Source: Azolla caroliniana (Eukaryota; Plantae; Polypodiophyta). Taken from it: a stretch of DNA of 9,328 nt. The stretch is from assembly GCA_043228905.1 (NCBI GenBank), contig JBHGNT010001370.1, forward strand, positions 1 through 9,328, given 5' to 3'. The translations under genes and the position numbers were made by a program. The number at the start of each line of letters is the position of its first letter. The stretch's first letter is position 1. Of this stretch, positions 7,958 to 9,328 are shown in pieces. Under the pieces are notes generated by a model. The model had not been told where the DNA came from. It saw only the letters and a list, made by a program, of their open reading frames with translations, and did not search any database.

Positions 7958-9328
7958 TTTATACACCACCGACACCTTGTTCCTGCTTCTTGCTCACGTA
8001 TTTAATTAAGCTGTGTATAAAGGTTTCCCTATTAGCTAGATAGAACGTACCATTGTACCAATCTCCAAGAGCAGAGATTCCATGATACCTAGAAATTATA
8101 GGACTATCATAATTGGCCATTACTAGGCTAAACTATATGGCTCAATCATAGATTCAGATTTGAGTGTGTCAGCAGAGAGAAATCACTGCCATTCAACTAT
8201 AGAGGTAGGTTACTTTCACAAATTTTTATCACATATTGACCCTCCGTTCCTCATTGAGAGGGAAGAGAACATAAAAGGAGAATCTATTGTTACATTGGGG
8301 ATTTCCAGAAAGTCTTCAATACCATTCGAAATGCTAGGCTCATGCCGCGACTAGATGCCCTTGTCATCCCACTAGATATCCACTGGGGAATCTGTGCTCT
8401 ATAAGGACAGTGTCAAGAAAACTGTGCAGACCTACTGGATTCACTGAGATCATGACTAGCACAATTACAAAAACAAAGGATGCCTACAATCATCCACTCT
8501 CTTGAGTCTTCATATAGATGAGATATCCAATTACGTAGAGAGATGGGGTGTGCAGGAGCATACTTAGTAGAGATAGCCATACTGAGATTACGAACTGTTC
8601 ATGACATCGTGTTGATCTCCAACTCTCCAGCAAACTACGCAGACAACTATATGCTTTAAAGTGATGTATATGTCAATGTGTACACAAAGATCTGTTAGTA
8701 AACCTTGATAAAATGAGAGCGATGGTGTTTAAAACCACTTAAACATGGGTAATGAGAGCAAAACAGAATTTTTTCTGGGAAGAGGAAAAAGTCGCATACA
8801 CGCAATCCTACACATATCTAAGAGCAACATTCTCAGAACCTTGGCTTTCGCTATGGAGGCATGATGTGCTCAACTTTCTTGTAGAAAGGCAGCCCTTCAT
8901 GCCCTTAAAAGGATTTCGCACATATAAAATTCCAAGAAGTAAAACTACATTGTGGTGGTTCGATAAACTTGTGAAACCTACTCTTTTTTGTGGAGAAGAA
9001 ATTTGGGGACTGATCACTAGTTTCAATGATTGCCTACATGATAAGGTGCACTATGATATAATCCAGACAGAGATGGGAGCAACCCCGATAGTGACCATTG
9101 CATATTCTGATCACCGACAAGTCTCCGATAGATTTGGAAACTCCTTAATCAAAGCTACTCAAGACAGCATTTATGTCGCCAAAACAGCTTGCTGAACATG
9201 GAGATAATCACTGTTTGTATGCTGAGATGTAGGAATGGTTCCAGTCATCTGGCATAAGTATAAATGCACTGCCCCATTCAAATATAGCTTGGACTCTCCA
9301 CACCTTAGCATAACCAAAGTGGCAAGAG
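7958..9328 (+). mobile_element. Decayed non-LTR (LINE-type) retrotransposon reverse transcriptase fragment, running off the window end
   Basis: Non-LTR RT motifs appear in order across stops and frameshifts: LLAHVFN*, TIVPISKSRDSMIPRNYRTI (8049-8108), AKLYGSII, YCYIGDFQKVFNTI (D at 8300; DFxKAFD motif), KQ-GCLQSSTLLSLHID (8471; KQGCPLSP motif), TVHDIVLIS (8594; degenerate YADD), LLVNLDK, SYTYLRATF (YxYLG) and LWWFDKLVKPTLFCGEEIWG. Confidence 0.9.

Noticed and set aside
8040-8420. Minus-strand pseudo-exon (STDSPVDI*WDDKGI*SRHEPSISNGIEDFLEIP...)
   Set aside because: Fully explained as the antisense of the + strand LINE RT motifs.
8752-9195. 147-aa ORF as an independent gene
   Set aside because: It is a frameshifted mosaic of the LINE RT C-terminal region.
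1-9328. CRISPR array, tRNA/rRNA genes or prokaryotic operon-like system
   Set aside because: No regularly spaced repeat-spacer units or structural RNA signatures seen; the content is eukaryotic transposon and intron sequence.

Overview
Plant-type eukaryotic genomic DNA; the repeat families resemble fern elements from memory, which is an unverified inference. Bases 1-3283 are the 3' part of a degenerate Ty1/copia LTR retrotransposon on the + strand: gag (open at the window edge), zinc knuckle, protease and integrase, then PPT and a ~420 bp 3' LTR. Reverse transcriptase and RNase H are missing, with an apparent deletion junction near 2702. Bases 3284-9328 are AT-rich and carry at least two minus-strand, splice-site-bounded exons of an unidentified coiled-coil protein (6806-6519 and 4146-3949); the upstream one is disrupted near its start. 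They also carry two decayed, oppositely oriented copies of one non-LTR (LINE-type) family (~4570-5720 minus, ~7958-9328 plus). I see no convincing new biological system. The best leads are the RT/RNase H-less copia architecture, the unidentified coiled-coil gene and the inverted LINE pair around one exon.
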